Shown: piece by piece, positions 1-9,215 of the stretch | Layout: the number at the start of each line of letters is the position of its first letter | How positions within the stretch are numbered: the stretch's first letter is position 1 | Translations under genes and position numbers: made by a program | Source of the DNA: Polyangiales bacterium | GTDB taxonomy: Bacteria; Myxococcota_A; Polyangia; Polyangiales; Ga0077539 | NCBI GenBank assembly: GCA_044229975.1 | Contig: JBGARZ010000003.1 | Location: forward strand, 96,001 to 160,000 | DNA: 64,000 nucleotides | Direction of reading: 5' to 3' | Notes under the pieces: model-generated | Databases searched by the model: none | What the model was told of the DNA's origin: nothing | Seen by the model: only the letters and a program-made list of their open reading frames with translations

Positions 1-677
1 GTGACGAGCGTGGGCGGGCCCTTGCGCTGCGGGATCTCGACGGGGACGAGCTCGTCGCGGAACGCTCCTTCGGCCGTAGCGCGGGCGGCGCGCTGGTGGC
101 TGGCGAGGGCGAAGCGGTCTTGCGCCTCGCGGGAGACGGCGCGGGCGACAGCGACGTTTTCGGCCGTCTCGCCCATGGATTCGAGCGGGAAGCGCGCGGC
201 CATCTTCGGGTTGGTGAAGCGCCAGCCGAGCGACGTGTCGAACATCGCGGGCACCGCGCGGTCGAAGCTCTCGGCGGCCTTGGCCATGGCGAAGGGCGCG
301 CGGGTCATGCTCTCGACGCCGCCCGCGATGACGGCCGAGCGCTCGCCCGTGGCGATGGCGCGGTACGCGTACTGGATGGCTTCGAGCCCGGAGCCGCAGA
401 GTCGGTTGACCGTGACGCCGGTGACCTCGAAGGGCAGGCCCGCGAGGAGGAGGGCCATGCGCGCGACGTTGCGGTTGTCCTCGCCAGCCTGGTTGGTGGC
501 GCCGAAGACCACCTCGTCGATGCCGGGGCGCGCGGCCGGAACGCGATCGAGGAGGGCGGTGATGGTGCGCGCGGCGAGGTCGTCGGGGCGCACGGTGGCG
601 AGGCCGCCACGATGGCGCCCGACGGGCGTGCGGACGGCGTCGACGACGAAGACGGCGGGCAGCGAGGTGGGGCTCAT
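1..677 (-). CDS. Acetyl-CoA C-acyltransferase (thiolase, PaaJ/PcaF-like), runs off window start
   Basis: Manual translation from ATG at 677: MSPTSLPAVFVVDAVRTPVGRHRGG...GATNQAGEDNRNVARM...TVNRLCGSG (catalytic Cys)...AGGVESMTRAP...SMGETAENVA. Absent from ORF track because it is truncated. Confidence 0.93.
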   Translation of the reverse strand, partial: MSPTSLPAVFVVDAVRTPVGRHRGGLATVRPDDLAARTITALLDRVPAARPGIDEVVFGATNQAGEDNRNVARMALLLAGLPFEVTGVTVNRLCGSGLEAIQYAYRAIATGERSAVIAGGVESMTRAPFAMAKAAESFDRAVPAMFDTSLGWRFTNPKMAARFPLESMGETAENVAVARAVSREAQDRFALASHQRAARATAEGAFRDELVPVEIPQRKGPPTLV

Positions 678-736
678 GGTGCGCGCGGGTGTAGCGCACA
701 GTGCGCCGTGACGGGAAGGCGGGGACGCCGAGGGGC

Positions 737-2512
737 TCAGCCCAGCAGGTACTTGAGCACCACGACCAGCGCGCCCGTCAGCAGCAGGTTGAGCGCGAGC
801 ACCACGGCGACGCTCACCGGAGTCAGACGAATCTCACGGGCGTACCAGGCCCCGTCGTCTTCGGTGGTGAGGCGTTCGTCCTTCGGGTGCGCGGGCTCGA
901 CGGGGGAGCGATCGAACTCCTGCGGCCGCTCGGCGCGCACGGCCGGAGCCGTGAGCGCGCGCTGGATCGCGGTCGGAAAACCCGCCGGTTGGGTCGGGTG
1001 ACGGATGGGCGCAGGGCCCGACGGCCGAGGGCGCATCGACGGGCCCGCGGGCGGCGGCCGGGTGGGCAGATGCGCCGGGGGCATCGGCGTCGCGGCTTCG
1101 GCGAAGTCCCCTTCGAACTGCGGCGCCTTGGCGGACACCGCGCGAGCGATCTGCACCGGCACCGCCGGGCTGGTGAAGTCCTCGGAGAGCAGTTCGAGGA
1201 CGTCGGGGTCGTCGATGTCGACGATGGCCGACGAGATGACCGCGTCGCCGACGTCGAGCGGACCATGGACGGGCGTGACCACGGCGTGGGTGGTCTGCGA
1301 CTCGCCCGCGGGCGACGGCGGCGGGTTGTAGGTGTCGCGCTCGGCCCCATCGAGCGCGAGCCATGAGTTGGCCGCCGCGTCGTCGTCGACCCGTCGCTGC
1401 GCGGCGGGCAGCTCAGCGATGCGCGCGGGGATGCCCGTGTGTCCGGGCGCCGTACCGCCGCGCGGCGAGGCGTGACCCGACGGACCGCCCAGCAGCGGTG
1501 TGATGGATCGCACCACGTTGCTCTTGGCGACCATCGCCGGTGGGCGCGCGGAGTTGCGCGACTGCCCCGGCACCGGGGTCGCGAAGCGCATCGTCCCGTT
1601 GCGAGAGCCGGGACCGTGGATGGGGGGGATGGTTCCGCCGCGCAGGACGCCGTCGCGAACGGTGCGGCGGGAGGTGAGCAGCGTGCTCGGGACCGACGCG
1701 AGGGCGGTCGCGAGCTCGTGGGCAAACTCCGTGGCGCTCGCGGGTCGACGCGCCGGATCCATCGACCACGCGCGGTGGAAGATGGAGTCGAGCGGCTCCA
1801 GGCCCTCCTGCGGGGCGAGCGCGATGAACGGGAGCGCGCGGCGCTGCACGGCGTTGAGCACCGCCGACCCGCTGTTGCCAGGGAACGCCGGGCGCCCGGT
1901 GAGCGTCTCGAAGGCCAGCGATGCGAGCGAGAAGAGGTCGGCCCCGGGGGTGAGCTCGACCCCGCCGGCGATCTCCTCGGGCGAGAGGTAGTTCACCTTC
2001 GAGGCAGGGTGCTGGGGCCGATCGGCGTGCCCCACCGCGAGCAGCTTGATGGGCTGACCGTCGGGCGGGATGAGCACCGTCTCGGGCATCACCACGCGGT
2101 GCAGCACCGGGGGGCTGCGCTCGTGGAGGTAGTCGAGCGCGGCAGCGGTCTCGTCGATGATGCGCCGAACCTCCGAGACGGGGATCACCTCGCCGCTGGC
2201 GATGCGGCTCCGGAGGGTGCGCCCGTCGGTCCACTCGGTGATCATCACCGGGAGCTGATTGGCCGTGTACCCGAGCGCGTGCACCTCGACCAGGTTGGTG
2301 TGCTTGAGCCCGCGACCGAGCACGGCGGTGCGCTCGAACCACTCGCGCAGCTCTTCCACGTGCAGCGGGTGCAGCACCAGCGCGCGGGCCTTGGCGCCGC
2401 GACCCTCCGCCGGGAAGGCCTCGTACACGAGGCCGATGCGATCGGCGTGGCTCAGCGCGCCGAGGATGAAGCCGCCCGGGAGGAGCGACCCTGGTGATGC
2501 CATCCGACTCAT
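737..2512 (-). CDS. Ser/Thr kinase-fold protein (probable pseudokinase) with Pro-rich linker and C-terminal TM helix
   Basis: Kinase-like segments LKHTNLVEV, VMITEW, ALDYLH, YLSPEE, ADLFSLASLAFETLTGRPAF. Catalytic motifs are degenerate (HRVVMPET, LAVG). C-terminal hydrophobic VAVVLALNLLLTGALVVVL. Confidence 0.85.
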   Translation of the reverse strand: MSRMASPGSLLPGGFILGALSHADRIGLVYEAFPAEGRGAKARALVLHPLHVEELREWFERTAVLGRGLKHTNLVEVHALGYTANQLPVMITEWTDGRTLRSRIASGEVIPVSEVRRIIDETAAALDYLHERSPPVLHRVVMPETVLIPPDGQPIKLLAVGHADRPQHPASKVNYLSPEEIAGGVELTPGADLFSLASLAFETLTGRPAFPGNSGSAVLNAVQRRALPFIALAPQEGLEPLDSIFHRAWSMDPARRPASATEFAHELATALASVPSTLLTSRRTVRDGVLRGGTIPPIHGPGSRNGTMRFATPVPGQSRNSARPPAMVAKSNVVRSITPLLGGPSGHASPRGGTAPGHTGIPARIAELPAAQRRVDDDAAANSWLALDGAERDTYNPPPSPAGESQTTHAVVTPVHGPLDVGDAVISSAIVDIDDPDVLELLSEDFTSPAVPVQIARAVSAKAPQFEGDFAEAATPMPPAHLPTRPPPAGPSMRPRPSGPAPIRHPTQPAGFPTAIQRALTAPAVRAERPQEFDRSPVEPAHPKDERLTTEDDGAWYAREIRLTPVSVAVVLALNLLLTGALVVVLKYLLG

Positions 2513-2582
2513 GCGCGCGCCGACGCTACTTCAAGCCCGCGCCGGAAGCATCATCGCCGACACGGCTGACGAGCCGCGACCC

Positions 2583-3338
2583 TCACTCCGCGGCGGAGGC
2601 GCAGCAGCGGAAGCCGATGGAGTAGTCGTGGTAGGCGGTGTTGTGACCGGGCGTGCGGTACCAGCAACCCTCGCCGTTGATGGTCGTGTCCATGTAGTAC
2701 CCGCCGCGAAACGTCCCGGTGGAGTCGCTGGTCCACTCGTGGAGGTTGCCCACCATGTCGAAGACGTTTTCTTCGCTGGTGCAGCCCGCGTGGGCGCCGG
2801 TCAGGGACACGGTGCCGGGGAGCTGGTTGATCTGCGGGTCGTTCATCAGCGCCATGCCCCAGAGGTACGGGGTGGTGGCGTGGAAGAGCCGCACCACGGG
2901 GTGCCAGCGGTGGTTTTCGTTGCAGCGGCCGTCCTGGCGCTGATTGCCGTACCCGTGGGTGCGCCCCTGCGGGCCGCGGCACGAACGGAACCACTCGCGC
3001 TCGGAGCAGAGGCGCTTGCCCGACCGGGCGCAGGCCCGCGACGCCTCGACCTGCGAGATGTACCCCTGCGGAACCACTCCCCGCCGCGACACCGCCCGCA
3101 CGTCCAGCCGACCCGGGTTGAGGTACGGCGAGTGGGGGACCTCGCGCCCGTCGGGGCGGATCTCCATGAGCGAGGCCTCGTAGCGGTCTACGCAGAACCC
3201 CGAGGTCGGGATGAAGGACATCCCATCGGGGCACGGAGCGTTGGAGCGTGCCGTGGAGGCCCCCAACACCAGCGCACCTAGTAGCGCGATCACCGAACAG
3301 GCCAACACGCTCGTAGGTACACCAGACGGTCGCTGCAT
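2583..3338 (-). CDS. Formylglycine-generating-enzyme (SUMF1/FGE-sulfatase) domain secreted protein
   Basis: CVDRYE, KRLCSEREW, VFDMVGNLHEW and terminal GFRCC signatures. Signal-like N-terminus; ATG 3338 preceded by GGAGGA. Confidence 0.85.
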   Translation of the reverse strand: MQRPSGVPTSVLACSVIALLGALVLGASTARSNAPCPDGMSFIPTSGFCVDRYEASLMEIRPDGREVPHSPYLNPGRLDVRAVSRRGVVPQGYISQVEASRACARSGKRLCSEREWFRSCRGPQGRTHGYGNQRQDGRCNENHRWHPVVRLFHATTPYLWGMALMNDPQINQLPGTVSLTGAHAGCTSEENVFDMVGNLHEWTSDSTGTFRGGYYMDTTINGEGCWYRTPGHNTAYHDYSIGFRCCASAAE

Positions 3339-3671
3339 CAGTTCCTCCGCGGGTTGATCAAGAGGGCTCCGCGGTTGAGCGCGGGAGCCGAGTTGAAGTC
3401 GCGTACGAGATCCGTGTGCGAGACCGTCTTCTGGCCTCACGAACCGGCCGCACTCCGAGAAGCACGAACGGCCAAGTTCAAGCGAGAGGGGCCATGCTTA
3501 GCCGGGCTTCGCCGATGAGACAACCCCCCTCGGTCAAGATTGCGGCGACGATGTCGGCGCACGGTCCCCCTCACACGACGTCACGCACCACCAACTTCTC
3601 GACGCCTCGGGAGCGCTTGACCCACCCCCGCGCGGTGAGACTCTCCGCGACCTTTGGAGGTCTACCACCCG

Positions 3672-4901
3672 ATGTCAGAAGCACGCTCCCTCGACGCCCG
3701 ACTGCACCACCCACTGCCCACGCTGCGTGAGCCCGCCGTCACGCTCACGGAGGTCGCCGGACTGCGCGCCGCGGGCGTGGCCGCTGGCATCAAGGCCAGC
3801 GGTCGCCCCGACGTGGCGCTGCTCGTCGCCGACGCGCCCGTCGCCTGCGCGGGCATCTTCACGCAGAACCTCTTCCCCGCCGCGCCCGTGGTCGTGAGCC
3901 GCGAACACCTGCTCGCGACCGGCGGGATGGTGCGCGCCGTGGTGGTCAACAGCGGCAACGCCAACGCTTGCACCGGCGAGCAGGGACTCGCCGACGCGCG
4001 AGAGATGTGCGCCCGCGTGGCGAGCGCGCTGGGCTGCCGCGCCGAGGAGGTGCTGGTGTGCAGCACCGGCGTCATCGGGCAACCGCTGCCGATGGAGAAG
4101 GTTCGCGCGGGCATCGACGCGGCGCTCGCGGCGCTGTCGGGCGAGCGCGACGCGGGGCGGAGGTTTCTGCACGCGATCATGACCACCGACGCGTACCCCA
4201 AGGAGGAGGGTCGCGAAGCGGGCGGCGCGAAGGTGGCGGGCGTGTGCAAGGGCGCGGGGATGATCCACCCCGACATGGCGACGATGCTGGCCTTCGTGGC
4301 GACGGACGCGCGGGCGACATCGGAAGAGCTGCGCGCGATGATCGGCGGCGTCGCGGCGAGGAGCTTCAACGCGGTGCACGTCGACACGCACCCGAGCACC
4401 AACGACACCTTCCTGCTCGTCGCGACGGGCCGAAGCGGCACGGACGTGGAGGGCGTTCGGGCGACGGTGACGGACGTGGCGGGTCACCTCGCGTGGCTCA
4501 TCGCGCGCGACGGCGAAGGCGCGACGAAGGTCACCACGATTCGCGTGACGGGCGCGCGTGACGCGGCCGCCGCGAAGGACGTGGCGGCGACGGTGGCGAG
4601 CAGCGCGCTCGTGCGGACGGCGCTCTTCGGCAACGACCCCAACTGGGGGCGCTTCGTGTCGCAGGTGGGCAACGCGAAGACGGTGCGCAGCGTCGCGGGC
4701 CTGCGGTGCACGTTGCAGGGCGTGACGGTGTTCGAGCGGGGCGGGCCGACGCCCTTCGATCGGGCGGCGCTCTCGGCCGCGATGCGCGCCGAAGATCTGG
4801 TGTTGGAGATCGTTCTGACCGAGGGCGATGGCGAGGCGATGCTGATGACCAGCGACCTCGGGTACCGCTACGTGGAAGTAAACGCCGAGTACACGACCTG
4901 A
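3672..4901 (+). CDS. argJ: Bifunctional glutamate N-acetyltransferase/amino-acid acetyltransferase ArgJ
   Basis: NSGNANACTG, STGVIG, IMTTD, KGAGMIHPDMATML, STNDT, DGEGATK, DPNWGR, terminal NAEYTT; GGAGG RBS. Confidence 0.96.
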   Translation: MSEARSLDARLHHPLPTLREPAVTLTEVAGLRAAGVAAGIKASGRPDVALLVADAPVACAGIFTQNLFPAAPVVVSREHLLATGGMVRAVVVNSGNANACTGEQGLADAREMCARVASALGCRAEEVLVCSTGVIGQPLPMEKVRAGIDAALAALSGERDAGRRFLHAIMTTDAYPKEEGREAGGAKVAGVCKGAGMIHPDMATMLAFVATDARATSEELRAMIGGVAARSFNAVHVDTHPSTNDTFLLVATGRSGTDVEGVRATVTDVAGHLAWLIARDGEGATKVTTIRVTGARDAAAAKDVAATVASSALVRTALFGNDPNWGRFVSQVGNAKTVRSVAGLRCTLQGVTVFERGGPTPFDRAALSAAMRAEDLVLEIVLTEGDGEAMLMTSDLGYRYVEVNAEYTT

Positions 4902-4905
4902 GCGG

Positions 4906-5757
4906 TCACCACTTGTAGAACCCTTCGCCGGACTTCTTCCCGAGCTTGCCCGCGCGCACCATCTGACGAAGCAGTGGCGGCGGGCGAAACTGCTCACCCA
5001 CCTCGCGGTGCAGATGTTCGAGAATGGCGAGCCGCACGTCGAGCCCGACGAGGTCGGTGAGGCGCAGCGGACCCATCGGGTGGCGGTAGCCGAGCTCCAT
5101 GGCGCGGTCGATGTCCTCGGCGCTGGCCACTCCCTGCTCCAGCATGCGGATGGCCTCGGCGCCGATGGCGACACCCAGACGGCTGGTGGCGAAGCCCGGC
5201 ATGTCGCGCACGACGATGGGCGTCTTGGCGAGCTTCGCGGCGAAGGCCAGCGCGCGCTCGATGGACTCGTCGGAGGTGCGCACCCCACGAACGATCTCCA
5301 GCAGCTCCATCACCGGTACCGGGTTGAAGAAGTGCAGGCCGACGAGCCGCGTCGGGTCCTTCAACGCCGCGCCGAGCTCGGTGATGGAGAGCGACGAGGT
5401 GTTGGACCCGAGCAGCGCCGTCGCGGGCGCCATGGAGTCCACCATCTTGAGAAGGTCGCGCTTCAGCTCGATGCGCTCGGGCACCGCCTCGATGACCACC
5501 GCCGCGCCGTCCACCGCCGCGCCGACGTCGCCGCCCCAGGTGATACGACCGAGCAACTCGTCGCGCTGCGCCGCCGTGACCTTCGCCTTCGCGACCATCC
5601 GGTCGAGCGAATCACGAACGCCCTTGAGCCCCTTCTCCCGCGCCCCCTCGGAGGGGTCGCTCACGTACACCGCGAACCCAACCGCCGCGCACACCTGCGC
5701 GATGCCGTGACCCATGGTGCCCGCGCCGAGCACCGCAACCTTCGACGTGTCGCTCAT
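4906..5757 (-). CDS. 3-hydroxyacyl-CoA (3-hydroxybutyryl-CoA) dehydrogenase
   Basis: GAGTMGHGIAQ Rossmann motif, IEAVPE, SNTSSLSI, GLHFFNPVP, HPMGPLRLTDLVGLD, GKKSGEGFY. Confidence 0.93.
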   Translation of the reverse strand: MSDTSKVAVLGAGTMGHGIAQVCAAVGFAVYVSDPSEGAREKGLKGVRDSLDRMVAKAKVTAAQRDELLGRITWGGDVGAAVDGAAVVIEAVPERIELKRDLLKMVDSMAPATALLGSNTSSLSITELGAALKDPTRLVGLHFFNPVPVMELLEIVRGVRTSDESIERALAFAAKLAKTPIVVRDMPGFATSRLGVAIGAEAIRMLEQGVASAEDIDRAMELGYRHPMGPLRLTDLVGLDVRLAILEHLHREVGEQFRPPPLLRQMVRAGKLGKKSGEGFYKW

Positions 5758-5771
5758 GGCGACGCTTGATA

Positions 5772-7001
5772 TCACACCGACCGCGACGCTCGCCGTACCC
5801 GCTTCGCCGCTTCCACCGCCGCTGCACCGCCGAAGGGGAGCACCCGCTCGGCGACCGCCATCGCGCCCTTCGCGTCGCCCGCTCGGAGCTGCACCGCCGA
5901 CAGCGTGAGCAGCGCGTTGGCTTCGAGCACATCGAGCTCACCCGTCGCCCGCGCCGGGTGCCCCGCCGGGACGGCCGCGAGCTCTTCCATCATCGCGTCG
6001 AGCTGCCCCGCAGGCTGCGTCGTCACCCACCGCGGAGGCAGCGCGATCCACGTCTCGGCGAGCGTCCACCGCAGCCGCAGCCGCTCGGTTCGATCGTCCA
6101 CCGTCGTCGGGTCGATCGCGCGCAGCGCCTCCAGTCGCGGCACCAGCGCGAGCACGCTGTCCCCTCCCCGCGCCGCCGCGATGGCGTCGTTGCACCACCC
6201 GATCGCTCGCGCGAGTGTTGCGCCCGGCGACCGCGCCGTCGCACCCGCCAACGCCTCCGCGGCCGACGACCAGCGCCTCGCGCGCATCGACGCCATCCCG
6301 CGGGCCACCGCGCTCCAGCCTCCTGCTCCGGGGACACGCGCCGCCGGTGCGGGTGCGTTGGACGGCAGCATCACGCCGAGCCGCGCGCGCTCTTCGTCGC
6401 CCGTCACATCGACGCCGGGTTCCTGCCGATCGAGCACCGCGGCCCGCAGCACGCCGCCCTCCACGCGCGCGGCGTCGATGGGCCACCACGTCGCGAGGCT
6501 CGCGTCGGCCGCCGCGGTCATCGCCTCGCGTGCGACCAGCACCCGCGCGTGCTCCTCGCACTCCGACCACCGCGCGGCGATTTCGGCCAGCCACGCCGCG
6601 GCGTCGACCGGTGCGCCCGACACCAGAGCGTCCGGTGCGACGGACGCGAGGCGCGCCTCCATCGCCGACGTGATCGCGTCGAGCGGAGGGGTGACACGCG
6701 GTCTCCCCGCGCCGCCAAGAACCCATCCCGCGAGCGTGCGCGCGTCGTCCGGACCGAGGTCGGAGAGCGACCCGGTGAGCCAGCGCTGGGCCTGCGCGAG
6801 CGAGGCGCCCGCCTCTCGCAGCGCGCGCACCCGCAGGATGGCGCGCTGGTGTTCGGGGCCGTACCAGGCGAGCGTCGCCGCGCTCTTCTCGGGCGCCGGA
6901 ACCAGTCCCACCTCGACGTAGTGATGCACCTGATCGCGAGTGACGCCGAGCGTGCGCTCCAGCTCACCGATCTTCAGGTGCCGACGCCCGGGCCGCGTCA
7001 T
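5772..7001 (-). CDS. MerR-family HTH regulator with long helical/TPR-like C-terminus
   Basis: LKIGELERTLGVTRDQVHHYVEVGLVP...AWYGPEH MerR-type HTH at the N-terminus. Confidence 0.75.
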   Translation of the reverse strand: MTRPGRRHLKIGELERTLGVTRDQVHHYVEVGLVPAPEKSAATLAWYGPEHQRAILRVRALREAGASLAQAQRWLTGSLSDLGPDDARTLAGWVLGGAGRPRVTPPLDAITSAMEARLASVAPDALVSGAPVDAAAWLAEIAARWSECEEHARVLVAREAMTAAADASLATWWPIDAARVEGGVLRAAVLDRQEPGVDVTGDEERARLGVMLPSNAPAPAARVPGAGGWSAVARGMASMRARRWSSAAEALAGATARSPGATLARAIGWCNDAIAAARGGDSVLALVPRLEALRAIDPTTVDDRTERLRLRWTLAETWIALPPRWVTTQPAGQLDAMMEELAAVPAGHPARATGELDVLEANALLTLSAVQLRAGDAKGAMAVAERVLPFGGAAAVEAAKRVRRASRSV

Positions 7002-7005
7002 GGGC

Positions 7006-7953
7006 TCAGGGCGCGCGCAGCACGCGCACGGCGTCGGCGATCACCGAGAAGCTCGCGGGCAACGACCCGGGCGCCTCGCCGTCGATGTCGAGCGGCACGT
7101 CGCTGTCCGTCGACTCGATGTCGATCACCCGCCCACGACCGGAGATCACCTTCGAGGCGCCGATGTGCGTCCCTTTGAAGATCTTGGGGAAGTTCTGGAT
7201 GACGTCCGCGGTGCCGAGATCGCCGAGGCCCACGACCTCGAAGACTCCATCCGAGGGGTCGGCGTCGGGGCCGATGATCATGCCCCCGCCAAACGACCGC
7301 CCGTTGCAGACCGCGAAGGTCATCGCCTTGCCCTCGTAGAGCAGCGCGCCGTCGACCCGCACCCGCATCACCCGATGCCGCCAGCCGAGGAGCGCGCGCG
7401 CCGTCGCGAAGGTGTAGCTCGCCTTGCCCGACAGCCAGCCGGGCCCCTGGGCGACGAGCTCGTCGACGCGCCCGGAGATCCCGCAGCTCGCGATGTTGGT
7501 GAAGAGCATCGACGCCTTCGCGCCCTTCCGATCGAGGTACTCCAGGCGCCCCAGGTCGAAGGGCCGCGCCACGGCGCCGGACAGCCAGCGGGCCACCGCG
7601 TCGACCCCGGACGGGAGCCCGAGCGTGCGCGCCCCGAGGTCGCTCCCGGTGCCCGCTGGAATCACCGCGAAGGCGGTCTTCTCCGACGGGATGAGCGTGC
7701 CGTCGGGGCGCAGGAGGGCGTTCATGGCGTCGTGGAAGGTGCCGTCGCCGCCCATCACGCCGACGAGTGCGGCGCCCGACTCGGCGAGCGCGCGCACCAC
7801 CTCGCAGAGCTGGGCCTTGCCCCCCGTGCGATGCACCGTCACGTCGAAGCCCTCGGTCGCCAGGGCGCGCGACAGGTCTCCGATCATCCGCCCCGCGCGG
7901 CCACCGCCGGCCGCCGGGTTCACCACGAGTTCCAACGTCCGTCGCGTCGACAC
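7006..7953 (-). CDS. Diacylglycerol kinase family (YegS/DagK-like) lipid kinase
   Basis: VVNPAAGGG, MGGDGTF, IPAGTGSD, NGRSFGGG, IDGE motifs. Confidence 0.92.
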   Translation of the reverse strand: MSTRRTLELVVNPAAGGGRAGRMIGDLSRALATEGFDVTVHRTGGKAQLCEVVRALAESGAALVGVMGGDGTFHDAMNALLRPDGTLIPSEKTAFAVIPAGTGSDLGARTLGLPSGVDAVARWLSGAVARPFDLGRLEYLDRKGAKASMLFTNIASCGISGRVDELVAQGPGWLSGKASYTFATARALLGWRHRVMRVRVDGALLYEGKAMTFAVCNGRSFGGGMIIGPDADPSDGVFEVVGLGDLGTADVIQNFPKIFKGTHIGASKVISGRGRVIDIESTDSDVPLDIDGEAPGSLPASFSVIADAVRVLRAP

Positions 7954-7966
7954 GCCTGCCGCCTCC

Positions 7967-9079
7967 TCAACCGTCGTCGCGGGCCACGCCCAGCGACCGC
8001 GCGATCCACTCCCCGAGATCGTCGGCGCGAACGCCAGCCCGACGCAACTGCAACCGACTCGACCCGCAGCTCGTCACCACCGCGACGTCCTCGCCGACCT
8101 CCCGCACCTCGCCCGCAAGCTCACCCGCGATGGCCCGCGCCGTGGTCGGTCGCGTCACCGGAAGGAGCCCGCCGCCGCCGCTGCACGTCGCCTGATCGCG
8201 CGACGTCGGAAGCTCCGCCAGCGGCCGTCCGAGGATGCGTTGCATCACCGCGCGCGGGGCGTCGTAGACCCCGAGGCCCCGACCGAGGCGACAGCTATCG
8301 TGCACCGCCACCGGACCATCGACGTCGAGCACCGGGAGCCGATCGAGCTGCCGCGCGGCGGCCTCGGAGAGATGCTCCACGCGCGCCCACCCGGCAGGCG
8401 CGAGGCCGAAGCGGGGATACAGCGTGCGCAGCGTCCAGGCGCATCCCGAGTCGGCGACCACGAGCTCGGTCGCGCCACCGACCGCCTCCACGAAGCGCGC
8501 GGCCTGTTGGAAGAAGCCCTCGCGATCGCCTGCGTCCCAGAGCGGTGCACCACAGCACTCGCCGCCGACGGCGTGGCAGCCGCCCGACAGTTCGCGCACG
8601 GCGCCGACGGTCTGTCGCGCACCGGCCGGATCGTCCTTCACGGCGCGGCAACCGGGGACCACCGCGACCCGGGCGCCCTTGCCGACGAGGCCCGCGGCGC
8701 TGGCCTGGGCGGCGAGCTTCTCGCGACGATCAGGCCAGGTGGCCACCACGCGCGAGACGGGCGCGGGCGCGACGTCGTTGGCGAGCGCATCGACGCGACC
8801 ATCCCAGAGCGTGTCGACCACGGGGTTGTCGAGGAGGCACAGCGTCCGGCACTTGCCGCACCCGGTGCAGGCCCAGGCAACCGCGGCGCGGGCGGGCTCT
8901 TCGGTCGGCTCGATGTCGCGCAGGAGTTCGTCCATCGCGCGCATCTTCCCCCACGGCGTGACGGTCTCGCGGCCCTCGACCGTGGAGACGGGGCAAGCGG
9001 GCCGACAGAGCTTCGGACAGTAGGTGCACCGGCTGGTGGCCTCGGCGCGACCCTCCAGGAGCGGGAGCCGACGGTTCAT
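7967..9079 (-). CDS. Fe-S oxidoreductase (GlpC/HdrD-like, CCG domains)
   Basis: CTYCPKLCRPACP and CTGCGKCRTLC ferredoxin motifs; ECCG, HDSCRLGR, TCSGGGG, VTSCGSS. Confidence 0.87.
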   Translation of the reverse strand: MNRRLPLLEGRAEATSRCTYCPKLCRPACPVSTVEGRETVTPWGKMRAMDELLRDIEPTEEPARAAVAWACTGCGKCRTLCLLDNPVVDTLWDGRVDALANDVAPAPVSRVVATWPDRREKLAAQASAAGLVGKGARVAVVPGCRAVKDDPAGARQTVGAVRELSGGCHAVGGECCGAPLWDAGDREGFFQQAARFVEAVGGATELVVADSGCAWTLRTLYPRFGLAPAGWARVEHLSEAAARQLDRLPVLDVDGPVAVHDSCRLGRGLGVYDAPRAVMQRILGRPLAELPTSRDQATCSGGGGLLPVTRPTTARAIAGELAGEVREVGEDVAVVTSCGSSRLQLRRAGVRADDLGEWIARSLGVARDDG

Positions 9080-9215
9080 GCCCGGTCGTAGGTATCACAT
9101 CCCCGCGGCTGGTCCGATTGGCGGCGCGCGCGGAAAGGGTGAAGCGTTGGTGACGGCGCCGCGGGGTGTGGGGTAGGCTGGCGGCTCTTCTCACCTCTAC
9201 CGGGGTACTCGCAGG

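Noticed and set aside
3340..3670. Riboswitch/ncRNA or ARG box in the 330-bp divergent intergenic region before argJ
   Set aside because: No recognisable aptamer consensus or convincing operator; would need an Rfam/Infernal scan.
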